DNA of 64,000 nucleotides from Rhina ancylostomus (Eukaryota). Location of the stretch: contig JARFYF010000074.1 in assembly GCA_030265395.1 (NCBI GenBank), positions 84,967,620 to 85,031,619 on the forward strand. The letters run 5' to 3'. The notes under the pieces were generated by a model. That model saw only the letters and a program-made list of their open reading frames with translations. It searched no databases and had not been told where the DNA came from. Positions 1-12,346 of the stretch are shown in pieces; the stretch's first letter is position 1; each line of letters begins with the position of its first letter. The translations under genes were made by a program, and so were the position numbers.

Positions 1-179
1 TCACACACTTTTGTACTCTGACCTTTGGTCTCATTTCAAACTTTCTTTTTCTGAGCTCTAGACTACTATTATTTTTTCTCATCTTGTTATCCTCAATCAG
101 TTTTTCTTTTCATTCCAGGTTCTGGGAATAAAATGAAATATGTTGCAGTGTACAACAGTTCAGCCAGCTCTGTTTTTTT

Positions 180-310
180 TGGTTTTGATGAAGGATGCAT
201 ACCTGAACCATCATAACCAGACTTTTGACTTTATAGATGTGGATTGAGCTGCTGTGCGAGTCAAACATTTTCTGTTCTTAGTTTATATTTTTAGCATTGG
301 CATGCTCTTT
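180..310 (+). mobile_element. Degenerate Penelope-like element (PLE) 3'-end remnant
   Basis: 'tttgatgaaggatgcatacctgaacc...tagatgtggattgagctgctgtgcgagtcaaacattttctgtt' resembles the PLE terminal unit seen repeatedly in this window. Confidence 0.4.
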
Positions 311-2149
311 TTTGATCCAAAAATCTTATTTACATCAAATAGTTGAACTTATGGAATAATTTGCATATTGCACATCAAGTTTCAAATAATTTAGGATCCA
401 ACCAAGGTACAAAAACATAGCATAACTAGCATCATACCCTCATTAATGTTATTAATTTTTTACATGAAAATTGAAAAATTATATCTGGACTTTCATTAGG
501 AAGTAAATCAATAAATGGGAGCACATTTTCTAAAATTTAATTTTAGTGCATTGCAGGTGTAGCCACTCATATGCAATGTACAAAATCACTTGAGTGCTGT
601 TTTATGTTCTCAATCGCTGGATTAACAGCAGGAAGTACACCACCATGAAGGAAGGAATTTATTTCTTATAATTTTGCAGGGCTGGTATTCCTAATCTTAC
701 AAAATGATAGCATGAAATACTGCTCATGGAAACATTCCTGTCACCCACAGCAACAGTCTGTTGGAACAAGAAATGCTGCTGAAGAGGAGGAGTGTGGCAA
801 TGAAATTTAGGAGATAAATAAGTCTAACTGAAAGGATAATAAAGTGTGAGGATTAACTGCACAAGGGGGACGGGGTACAAAGGTGTCACCCTTAACTGAA
901 GGCAGATGAGGGAAGGAAGAGGAAATATCAATGTAAAACGTGGCAGAGAAGTTAAAAGCCTCCTGTGAACAGGGGATGAGGAGCAGATGGAAAGGCAGCG
1001 CATCTGCAAACTCTGGGAAGTAAGTTAAATAATTCCTTCATGTCACAGAGTCAACCAAGCAAGGAATTTCAAAGCAATTATCATTAGTTTGAAAAGCAGC
1101 AGAATAAATACTTCATAAAAATTAAATATTTCCCAGGAAATAATGAGATTATTTCTGCATCTTATTTACCAAAAATCGTACGAAAAGTTTTTTGAACACT
1201 TGGTGTGGAGCTGCTGCTTCAGTTATGACAAGCCTGCATCTCATTAACTTTCACAGTAACTGTAAGTCACAATTTATGTTCAGGGGTATTTCTCAGTTTG
1301 TGTTTGTGGGGCTGGCTCAACATCTTTGATCAACTTTTGTCACTATTCCAGGTTAGCTAGGCTTTAGATCCCTGCCACTGGTCATAACCTGATCTGCTGG
1401 TTCATTCTGTGATACAGATGAGTATCTCTGATCAGTAATTCCCATCTACAAAAGTGTATCATATCCTGAACTGAAGCAGTATCAGTCAGCCAATACTATC
1501 AGTATGGACATGAGGAGCCCATTAAGCAGGTAATGTTATAGTGTGTAGTAAGGATGATTATAGGTTAACAGTGTCTTTCTGAACAGGGCAAGGGGGTAGG
1601 GTGGGGTGGAGGTGCAGGTGCAGAATGGCTCCTGTAGTAGTTTTCGGGTGTTTCTCAGGTCGGTCCATTGAATGCAGCCTAGAGCCAAGTGGCCAAAAGT
1701 TACATTTTTCATGATCCTTTTTAGTTTAATTCTTTTAAAAAACTTTGTTACGAACTATTCAAAAAGGACTAAATTGCTGCTAAACATTCATGTAAAATTG
1801 CCCTTTAATTTGCACTTGTAGCAGTTGCAAATTTGTTGTGTGTCTGCACCAAGGTGAAATACAACAATTCTGAGAACGATTAAGTTCATGAGGATAGAAT
1901 AAGAAGTCTCCAAATCAAAGAAACTGTATAGAACAAAGACTAAAAGGGGCCAAGGACTGCAGTCCACTGTTCACTTTATGGCGAGTTTACTGGTTCAGGT
2001 GGGTTTACTCCATTTAATAAATGTACTTCTAATTCACTAAGCACAAAATTCGAATGTTGCGGACATAATTCTGGATGCCAGTCAGTGCAATATGCTAAAT
2101 TTTAAATGCACTCCACTTAGGCCTTCAAGTGCTCTTATGATGAATATCA

Positions 2150-3620
2150 CTTCAGACAGAAATACAGGAGAGCAGGAATTCATCTGAGGCGGTGACATAA
2201 AAAGAATGGTTTCAAATCGATCGCCCACGAATCTGCAGCGCCCGCCTTTTAGTTCCACGGGGTGCATATCTTTACTTTAAACGGCAAGGGGGATATTCTG
2301 GTAATTATGCTGTAAAAGTCACATGGGGCCTTCATTTTATAAGACACGAGCTTTTTAAAAAAATATGCATTTCCGCAAGCAGTGGTCAGATTGAATGAAA
2401 ACCACGAACGCGCATCATTCTGTAGTACAACAAATGAAACATTCAAACGCACCCAATCTGTCGTGAGTTCTAACCATTACGTAGAATTAAAAGTGTGACT
2501 TTGTTTCCCTGTCGCGCGATTTCCTTTTTCTCTGACGGAGAGTTAATTCTTGAGCAAATCGTGTTAAGGAGTCGTAAAAGTAGATTTGAAGCCCTGATTC
2601 GATGACATCTGCGCTCACTCAGGCGCCTTCCGAATGTTTGTCGACGCGTTTTTCGTGGTTCGCAGAGCTGCGCAGCCCAAACACACATGACGATGGTTAT
2701 CGCATTGATCTCCGCAGGGTACAAGCTAGTTAGGATTAACTGAGATCGTGCTGCTCCCCCGGGGCATTTGGCATCGGCGACTCGAGTCTACTGATAAAGC
2801 GCTGCTTTCGCCAGTAGCGTAGTACCTCCAGAGACCAGAGGAGGTAAAATTAGACACCGAAAGCGACAGAGAAAAGAAACAGACATCGAGATAAGAGATA
2901 TAAAGAACGCGGAGACAGAAGGGCGAGGGTGTCGAAAGAGAAATTAAACAGCGAAGCAAGACGGGGGTGGGGGGTGGACACGGAGGCGGAGAAGAAAAGA
3001 CAAAGGCAGGAGAGGGGAGAAAAGGGAAGGAGAGGGGAATAAAGGGAGAGGGGAGAAAAGAGGTCGGCAGGAAGAATCAAGGGAACTCCGATAAGCGAAA
3101 ACGGGCACCTGGGGAAAGTCGAAACTGCCGGAGCAGCGAAAATGATGTGAAGCGAAATGAACCAGAACAAAAACCAATCCACCCATACTAGAGCCCTGAC
3201 AAGCGTCTGTTTGAGCCGGGGGGGGGGGGTGGTGGGGGGGGAACTAGGGAGNNNNNNNNNNGACTGATCACATTACCTGCAGGAAATCCATAACCAAGAA
3301 AGTCAACTCATTGATTTTTCTAATAAATCTTGCGCAAACAAATGAGGACCGTATTATGCACCCTGCTTATCGGGACGCGATGTTTACTCAACATAAAAAC
3401 AAAGCTCATCAGAAATTCACACCACACAAAACGACTTATCCCCAAGCACCAGATAAGACCACCAAAATCGACGTCATTTAAACTCCTTTTAACATTCGCT
3501 ATAAAATCTGTTGTTTTATTGAAACGTGTTTCCCTGCCTTAAAAAAAGTATTATTGGCTCTAAATCTGCTACTAATCGATATTTAAGACGTCAGAGTCGA
3601 CTCGTGCTCCACTTAAAACC
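2150..3620. promoter_or_regulatory. CpG-island-like non-coding region
   Basis: Dense CpGs (gtcgcgcgat, gtcgacgcgt, ggcatcggcgactcgag) compared with the CpG-poor bulk; no recognisable ORF. Confidence 0.6.
2830..3135 (+). repeat. Purine-rich (GA) low-complexity tract
   Basis: The + strand is strongly A/G-biased for about 300 nt; the S/L/P/F-rich minus-strand ORFs here are a compositional artefact. Confidence 0.75.
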
Positions 3621-4121
3621 TGTAGCTTCATTCTGAAATCGCTTTATTACAGTAACCTACTAACAACACCGCTTAGTGCTCAGCGGCACTGGCGATCACG
3701 TGTTGACATTTTGAATGATGAAATTAACAGCAGTTTTTAAAAGCATACTTTGAATAAGTAGGGAACAATCTTAATTTTAACTTCAGGCTGAACTTTAAGT
3801 GAACTGTTGAAGCCGCGAAGTCGGTTGCCCCAGAAAACTGCGGCGCCAGCAATAATTTTATTTCAACAGTAACAGGCTATAACTGGGTGACCTCTTAAAC
3901 AATAACAACGTTAGGGATTTCACTGAGGAGGGTAGCTACGTTTGACAACGAACAGTTAATATTCATTGAAAATTATTCTACACCAATAGATTAATGAGAT
4001 ATACCTAGTCAGTGTTAATGCTGTTTATAGGTGTTTAGTGCTTCATTTTTAGCAGTTCTCTTCCAGTATACACAATTGTATGCAGTTTCCCCCCTTTTCA
4101 TGCTTAGACAGCTGATACTCG

Positions 4122-4141
4122 ACTCCCCCCTCTGGTGGCAA
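4122..4141 (-). promoter_or_regulatory. CTCF-like motif
   Basis: Minus strand TGCCACCAGAGGGGGG against consensus CCASYAGRKGGCRS; one mismatch at the conserved C. Confidence 0.3.
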
Positions 4142-5629
4142 GTTATAATGTTGATACCGAGTAAAATAGGCCAAATAACCAACTAGTGATATAATTGGGA
4201 TAGTTACCATAACTTATTAATGTGGTAAAGCAAGACTGTAAATTTCATAACGAAATAGGTTGGTCGACCACATGCGGGAGGTTGGCGCCGACGTTTCTCA
4301 GTCCGCAAAGATTAAAGGCATTACCAATATCGTATCGTCACCAACAACACTACCATGGACGTCTATCGTTTCTTGAACTGAAAGGTTACATCGCCAGAAA
4401 TCTCAAATCATTGATACGACGTGCATTTCATCTAGTAGGATCAGCTGTTCAAACGTGGATCAGATAATAATCACTACTTAGATGTTTCAGCTAAAATAGT
4501 GCATTGTTTGTCAATGTTATTAAATGGAAGATAGAAGTCGAAGAATCACTCAACGGGGAGTAGTGATTAGGGAGATCCTTCATACTTATGAAGGATCATC
4601 TGTATTCCTCCCTCCCCAGAGGTTTTAATTTTATGCACGCAGCACTGAGTAGCGTCTGGGTCTACTAACTCATAAATGCAATAGAAGGGCAGAAAGTAAA
4701 AAGACCACTATGTCAGAAGTTTGCAATGTATTTCTATGTTGCTTCAACCAAATTTTAATGTTTATGTTAGTACGCCATACATGTCGATTAAGGACACAGC
4801 TATATCCTTGCTTATATATACGTTTTTAAAAAATCTGCAATGGGCACATAACACAGGCCTCCCTGTTAAGTAATATGATCTCATGACACTATTTGTAAGT
4901 GGTACCAGCTGGTAAGTCAGTTTTGTAAATAAACGAGCGATCCCTCCGTGTCTGTAGTATAAGCATTTGTACGGATGGATGTAGTTGTGTATTTACGCAA
5001 AATGAAGAATGTTTTAAGCTGTAAAAAAATAATGTAGCTGGGACCCATTGTCGTGTCATGTTTTATTATTAATCTGCCTCTTGGCCTTTTCAGGGGGTCA
5101 ACGGCCGGTTGTTGGGACTGTTTAAAACTTTCTCTACAACCACTGCGTCAATAAAACATCATTTGAGGACAGACGTGCATTTTCACCGAAGTTAACAGTC
5201 TTAGGCCTGCTTTACTGGAACCTGAACTACAGGTTCTTGCCGGGCATTTCCTGTTTACATTGGTGAGTTTGTGCTTAGCTGTAAGTTTAACTGTCCTGTT
5301 TGGACAGAGATATCGAGCATCCCTTGGATGCGTGATTGTGTCATAACAGTTAAAAATATAAATGCTGGGGCAGCAGAAAAACGACAATTTGAAGGTGGGG
5401 TAGGATTACAACCTGAAGACTTTGCATACAGGTATACATATGCACACTGAACGTACAGTCCGTGCAGTGACAAACTGAACCGGTGCGGCGCTAAATTCAA
5501 ACTTACAAAGTAAAGGAACCTCAAGACTCCATTTACGCCACGACCTTTACGTCAAAACGTATGAGCTTTGAGATTCTATTAAGAAAGTCACCGTGTATCT
5601 ATCATCTGTGGATACAACTGCCATTTCAC

Positions 5630-6480
5630 CCAGGCAATATTCAGATGATAATGGCTGCGTGTTTAATTTGCTACTCGAGAGAGCGCTTGGAGGAATTAAA
5701 TTTGTGGGCAGCTGCATCACCATTGTCTAAACGTTTAAATTAATTGCAGGCAAGCATAAAGGTGTCAGAAGGTCTACGAATAAGAAGGCATAAGAATCAG
5801 ATTTTGACAACTGATTTGACACCACACTGAATTTACACTCCAGGAAGTCTCGCTCAGTTCTGCTCCAGTCGGGTCAGGTCACGGTTACCAATTTGCGTCA
5901 GCATTAATGGTAATGCATAAACCTTGGCATAAATGCAAAAGTTACTATGCAAATGCACCCCTTGCACAACTTAAATTTGTTATACAGCTTCAGCCCTATT
6001 TGGCCTTGTTAGTTAGTGACATTTTCAAAATGGACAGCGATGTCAAAGGACCACGTTAGTATGAGAATATCATTAACTTTATCTTTCTTTAAATATGTTT
6101 GTTTTTATTGCTGAACATTATGTAAACATTCTTGCTATATTTATCTACTTCTTGTGCAGACAGGGAGTAATTTAAATCGAATAAATATAACAATTTAAAG
6201 GGCCCATATCAATAGTGGAATCCAAGCAAAAAGGAGCATTTCCTGAAATAATCGACATTACAAAGTAAAACACGGAAAATGGATTTCAAGTGTGAGAAAA
6301 CTAACACAGCCCAGAGACGATCCAGCTACACTGCAAACTGGCCGGACGCCGATTAACTGCACAGCACTAATTAGCACATGGCAAGGCTGTAATCCATTGT
6401 CAGAGATACCATTTATGTGAAATATTTTTTCTTCTATACACTACCATTTTTAAAATCTGTTTGCATTTCATCACTTTTTA
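5630..6480. promoter_or_regulatory. Enhancer/CNE-like block
   Basis: Unique sequence with clustered TAAT/TAATTA, Sox-like CATTGT, TGACA (TALE-type) motifs and an octamer ATGCAAAT at 5947-5954. Conservation was not tested. Confidence 0.5.
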
Positions 6481-8299
6481 CAGATACAAGGGTGGAAACG
6501 GTACACAAATTGTTTTGAGCATTGGGACATTTGTACTGCAATTGACGGGGGAAGGTTATGAATGTATTTATCTGCAATGCGTAATCATAATCCATATTCA
6601 CAAAAGATTATGTAGGTGCTCAATACAAGGAAGAGGGAGAAAGAGGAGAAAGAAACAGAGGAATGATTTTGCTACGATCAAAACGATAGCTATCTGGCAG
6701 CAAGAATTGAGATGGAATGTATTTTACACTTTCTGTACTATTTGGCAGCATTAAACATTGATGAGTCAGGTATTGTAAGTTTTAATTCCACACTCTGGCA
6801 CCAAATTGTTGCAAGCTTACGTAATGGGTGTGCAATTGATATTGCTGAAATTCAAAAGCACAACTTGTATCTTGAGAGAAATTTAGACATATTGTCTTCA
6901 TAGGAAAACAATAGAGTATATATACAATTAATGGATTTCATACTAACCATGGGTTACTTAAAATATTAGTAGTAACTAATATTAAGGTCTATGTAGTATG
7001 GAGCAGTAATGTGTGTACCTTATAAAGTAACTCAGTGACTAATTCTAGGTGATGATATTAGTCATATGGGTATAAATAACATCTTCTCTCCCTATTCCAT
7101 CATCCACGTGACTCCACACAACAGAAAGAGATTATAATTATCAATGATCCCCTTGTAAATTACTCCCTATATATACAAAATTGACTATTAAATGTCGTAG
7201 AGCAGGTTGACATGAGGTCATCAGTAAATGGAATTTTATGGTTATGTACAAGTTTGACTATAAATTGATAAACTTAATCCAAAATGGACAAATAGATAAT
7301 TAGAACTGGGATATAATTTGATTAAGATAGACAGCACAGAATTCCATTGTTTAAACTGATTTGGGACACAAGTGGGAATGGCTATTTACAGAGCAACTCA
7401 ATGGTAAATAAGAGAGACACAGGGTCTTATTCACTTTGTTTTACAGCTGCTTGTTGAAAAAGTCAAAGTACATTTTTGTTAAATCGGTTGTTCAGTAAAC
7501 TTCACTCATCTATCTACTTTCTCTACATACCAGCAAAATGGAGATCTGTATTTATTCTGTCATAAAAATTGTTAGCTTGGCTCAAAAGAAATGTAAACTG
7601 TTGCATTTCAATCTCCTATCCAGCCAAGTAATATTTTAAAACCTCCATATCTATATTATGGTTATCTATGATGGCATATTTGTGAACTAGCTACATCAAG
7701 TACATGAAGTAATGATATTGAAAAATGTAAAGTCTACCATTGGGAAATTTTCCCACTGGTTAACTTACCTGACCAACAGACTGAAAACGATCAAGCATTT
7801 AGTCAAAACTTGCAAGGTCTAATTAGTTTTATTTGCAGGACCACACAGAGACATTCTTATTTCACTTCCCGGCTCTTGTCTTTTTGGTACGGTCATGTTA
7901 TTATGTAGGATAATAATCAGAAACCCTTAACTTGCAGATAATATTTCTGTAAAGACTGCACTTTTACTCCGAAAAATAACTGGTACATTCTCCCATTTAT
8001 ACGTTTCAGTACAAATCAAATGTTAAGAACAGAAAGTGTTACAACCTGCTGTTTTTCGATTTTTAATATCCATAAAATTGTTGGCAATGTTCGACATGAT
8101 GCTCAAGTTCCAGAAAAATATTTTACACGGGTAAACAACAACAAATCACCAGTTTAAAAGCCTAATATATCCTTAAACTAATAATAAAGACAGGTATCGG
8201 AAAAACAAACCGGATAGCATGTCATTCATTACTGTTAATGAGTTTTTTTTCCCAAAGTCCGTTCACGTTAAACACAAATGTAATTAACACAACGTAAAT

Positions 8300-10720
8300 T
8301 AAATTAAGTCACAGCACCATATTCTTAACTCTCTCTTGGGAGCAAGTTGCATGTCACGTTATACGAGTGGCGAAAAAATGCATTGCTGGGAAGTACCGTG
8401 GTTGGCTCTAAAATCGCTCTGTTTGCATTAAAAAAACTCAACTATCAAAACAGTGTTATTTCTCTAACCATGTGCAGGCTGGCACATGTACATTATCCAG
8501 TGGATTGCTTCCCGTACCTTTTTTTCTGGCTAGATAAACAGATTGATTACGTTGTGGGGAAATTGCTAGAATTTATTATAGGACGAGTTATCTTGCCGAT
8601 CTACCCTGGTAATTATTACACATGGCAACCAGTTCAGGGCTGTTTGACAGCTGAAAGCGATACATAACTTTGGGGAAAGAAGAGTGTACCCGGACACATC
8701 ACGTGCAGCCCAGTGAGAAATGACCTTGAGGGCTGGTCCGTAAACACATGTAACCTTTGTTCCAATCTGCTAGCGGGATCAAGTTGCCGGTTTGGAATAA
8801 AAGGGGAAACGCCAGGGGAAATTTCACTTTCAGTGTCTGACCGATAAGTTTGATGAAAATCTACACTTGTTTCTAGCGAATTGGTTAGAGGGGCTTGAGC
8901 ACGGCAAAGAGACCAAGCCTTTTCTCAATTGATGGACTTCCTCCGAAGTTTCATCTGATCGCTTTCTTTATACANNNNNNNNNNNNNNNNNNNNNNNNNN
9001 NNNNNNNNNNNNNNNNNNNNNNNNNNNNNNNNNNNNNNNNNNNNNNNNNNNNNNNNNNNNNNNNNNNNNNNNNNNNNNNNNNNNNNNNNNNNNNNNNNNN
9101 NNNNNNNNNNNNNNNNNNNNNNNNNNNNNNNNNNNNNNNNNNNNNNNNNNNNNNNNNNNNNNNNNNNNNNNNNNNNNNNNNNNNNNNNNNNNAATTTTCT
9201 CCTTTTGACACTTGAATTCTTGGACGTTACGCGGAACCAGAACTCAACGTCCGGAGAGGCGGCCCCTGTTGAGCTCCAGCCACTGAGGGGTGAATGCAAG
9301 ACGGCGAGGCTGCCTTGCAATAAACTCAGTCGGTCAGCGAGAATCCGGCCGGATTCATTATGATCAATAAACCAGGTGGACGTGGGGGCGTGTGGTTATT
9401 GATGGGTTTGTAGCTATTGCTGCTGAACATTTCATTACCGACCAGTCTCACTCTGCCCTGTGATGAGATTAACTTTTAACGACAGGACTTTCTCCATTCC
9501 GCACAGACTCCGCGCCATTTTAGAAGCAGCTCCTACTCGCCAGACACAACGAAGCTCAGCTCCATGGGGACTGAGTTCATTTTCCGGCTGCGCTGCCCTC
9601 CCTTCACCGCAACAGTGTAATCGCGATCCTAGCGCTCTCGCTGAATGTGTTGCATGCCCCCTTTAAACAGGATAATCAGATTCACAATGAAAAGCTGGTT
9701 GGCTCAAAAGCGGAGCTGCCAGTCAAGACCGCCTGAAAACAAAGATAAATTCGAAGGGACGTTAGGAGATATTGATCGCGGATGGTTGATTTTTGCATAA
9801 TTGTGGAAGGCAGGCAACTAGCTGTATTCCCCTTTGACGAAGCAACAGATTAGTCGGCAAGATCGATTAGCGGAAATCCCTGGGGAAACCCGAGAGTAGT
9901 CTGCAGGACTCCACCACGAGTATCCAGCAATCTTCCTTAAAAAAGAAAAGACCTTTTGGGTGGGATTTTTCTTAAAACAGCCCTCTATTTTCTTCCAGCT
10001 AATCGAGAAGAAAATATAAACGCAGAGAGAACAAAAAAAACTGATTGTTAAAGGGGGAATACGAGATATGATATGCTGGAGGTCAATTGGGACATCAATC
10101 AACTGGATTTCAGACTTTGTTGAGACCAACTTTAAAGAGATGGGCTGGAGTCAACAGAACCTTGTTACAGCGAGAGCTATAAACCGAGCTTGGATTTTAT
10201 TCATCTCCCAGCCCAGTAAACCTCAAAGTGACTATTATGCAATTCCTAGGACTGCCTCCCACCAGCTTTAGCAGAAACGACAGTCCGGTTAGACTGCAGA
10301 ATCGGTTCTCTTTTTCCTGTACGGTTAGCGGAATCGGCAGCTTTCCTGCACAACTGGGAGAAATAACCGTTTTATGGTGCAGAAATTGCACTCTGGTTGA
10401 TGTTAGCGGGATGGGCAGACTTCCGATTAGGGTTAGCAGCAACTTCAAGCTGGCAGAAATTGGTCAGCGGAAATTGCAATGGAACCAAATGTCTCCTTTT
10501 AGTTAGACTGACCTGAAGCAACACGACAGGATCGCAACAAAATTCACCACGTGACTCAAAATACAGCCCCACCCGACTGACAAAACTGTTTTAAGGCCAT
10601 CAGTCATCAACAGAACATCCAGATTATGCAGATTGAAAAAAACTTCCCAACCTCGCAGGACTGTACTGATTAAAGGTGACAAATTCGCCCCTGCCATCTC
10701 GATAACAAAATGAGTCGTTT
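8300..10720. promoter_or_regulatory. CpG-rich regulatory/promoter-like region
   Basis: High CpG retention, GC-box-like gggggcgtg near 9385, YY1-type CGCCATTTT at 9513-9521, EBF palindrome at 9877-9886. Confidence 0.55.
9439..9732 (-). ncRNA. Candidate exon (lncRNA, or 5' exon carrying a short ORF)
   Basis: Minus-strand acceptor tttatctttgttttcag|G at 9732 and donor TCG|GTAATG at 9439. Confidence 0.3.
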
Positions 10721-10842
10721 TCAGCCAAATGCTGGAACAGCTAAAATGCGCATAACATGATTACCCTACACTTCGGTTTTTAATGACTAACGCCCCTCCC
10801 CCAGTCTCCTTATCGAGACAAACACAGATCCTTGTTCTGACT

Positions 10843-11050
10843 AAAAGAAAGAAAATGCTGGAAATACACAGCAGCTCAGGCACCATCTGTGGAGAGAGGT
10901 AGAGAGAGTTAATGTTTCAGGTCAATGGCCTGATCAAAGGTCATAGTTTTGAAACGTTAACCGTTTCTCTTTCGACAACGATGTCTGCACTGCCGACTAT
11001 TTTCCACTGGTTTCTGTTCTATTAAGAATTCCAACATCTGCAGTATTTTG
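10843..11050. mobile_element. Fold-back (palindromic) PLE-derived short element
   Basis: 'aaatgctggaaatacacagcagctcaggcaccatctgtggagaga..gttaatgtttcaggtc' followed by its diverged reverse complement. Confidence 0.7.
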
Positions 11051-12136
11051 GTTCTCCTCATTTTGCCTCCCTTAACTAATAGGTTGGTATTAGCCAACCT
11101 TTTATTTCTCTCCAAAGATATGTCAGCTGTTAACAGTTTGTATTCTAGTTATTTCAAGATCACGACTGGAGTCTTGACAGCTCCAACAGCTCGAAGTTTT
11201 TATTTATTGTGCTATTTCACTCAACCGACGGTGGGCTGAATGGCCTCCTGTATTTTTTTAAATATAATTTCACTTCCAATAACTCAGGAAGTCCTGGATT
11301 ACCAGAGTCCCAATGCAGGATTTATTTTAACATAAAAGCCGTCTGGTGCCTGCGTGCTCTGTGTCCATTTTGGGTTTCTATATTTAAAACACTGAAAATT
11401 GAGTTACGCTGCGCGAATTCAATGGATGTTTAAACTTATGTCCTGTTTCACCACTAGGACCTTAACTGACTCCGGACGGATTCTTTTGAAACCTCTTGGA
11501 AGAAAAGCAATCNNNNNNNNNNNNNNNNNNNNNNNNNNNNNNNNNNNNTGTAAATCAAGCATAAAAGTGAGCAGAGGTGTGTTAAAGCTCCTGGACATTT
11601 TTGAAACTTTCAAGCGTTAATGAGTGAAAAGCAGCTTCCTGGCCAACAGAACTGTAGTTCCAGACAAGCAGCATAAACGTGGTTCTGACTGACTCGATCC
11701 AATAATACAGCAAGAAATCCAACACACCACAAAGACAGGCCATTCGGTTCAAATGTCTATGCTCCAAACCAACCTACCCCTACTCTACTCACGTGATCTT
11801 ACCGCGTCAAAAATTCTACTTTTTGTCATGCTCGGTATGAGCTATCATTAACTGTATGAATGCCATTCCCTTTAATCACTTAAGGCGGTAGCGAGTTCCC
11901 CATTCTCACCATTCCCCTAAATTATTGGGCTACCTTGCATTCATGCGCACTGCTAATGGACTTCTGCCAGAAGTGGAAATATCTCTAGGCCTACTCTGAT
12001 GAACCGCTTCAGAATGTTTTAAGTTCAATTACAACACCTTTCATGTTTTTTTTCCTCTTGAGAATGGAGCCCCTGTATAAAATATGCTTTGCTGTACCAA
12101 AAAATGTTTTACTCTAATGCAGCCATGTTTTTTTAT

Positions 12137-12346
12137 AGCAATAAACAAGTAGCTGGAGGAACTCGGCGAGTCAGGCAACATCTGCGGAGGGAAATAGTCG
12201 ACGTTTCGAGTCGAGACCCTTCAGTCCAGATGAAAGGTTTCGACCTGAAACGTTGACAATCTATTTCCCTCTACAGATGCTGTCTGAGTTTCTCCAGCTG
12301 TTTGTTTGTTGCTCCAGATCCCAGCCTCTGCAATCTCTTGTGTCTC
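12137..12346. mobile_element. Fold-back PLE-derived short element with hammerhead-like core
   Basis: Inverted arms (gctggaggaactc..catctgcggagggaaatag / ctatttccctctacagatg..gagtttctccagc); centre gtc-CAGATGA-a-aggt-ttcg-acct-GAAA-cg-tt-gac. Confidence 0.8.

Noticed and set aside
545-590. miR-33-like hairpin (gtgcattgca...tgcaatgtac)
   Set aside because: The stem is only about 10 bp and the mature miR-33 sequence is not present.
679-1019. Plus-strand exon (ttttgcag| ... GAA|GTAAGT)
   Set aside because: Stops in all three frames and no supporting neighbouring exons; not distinguishable from chance.
2083-2100. miR-130/454-like CAGTGCAATAT
   Set aside because: Only the 5' 11 nt match and there is no proper precursor stem.
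2726-3191. Overlapping ORFs over the GA tract
   Set aside because: Low-complexity sequence lacks stop codons by composition.
9459-9575. C/D box snoRNA (GTGATGA ... CTGA)
   Set aside because: No terminal stem and no recognisable rRNA/snRNA antisense element.
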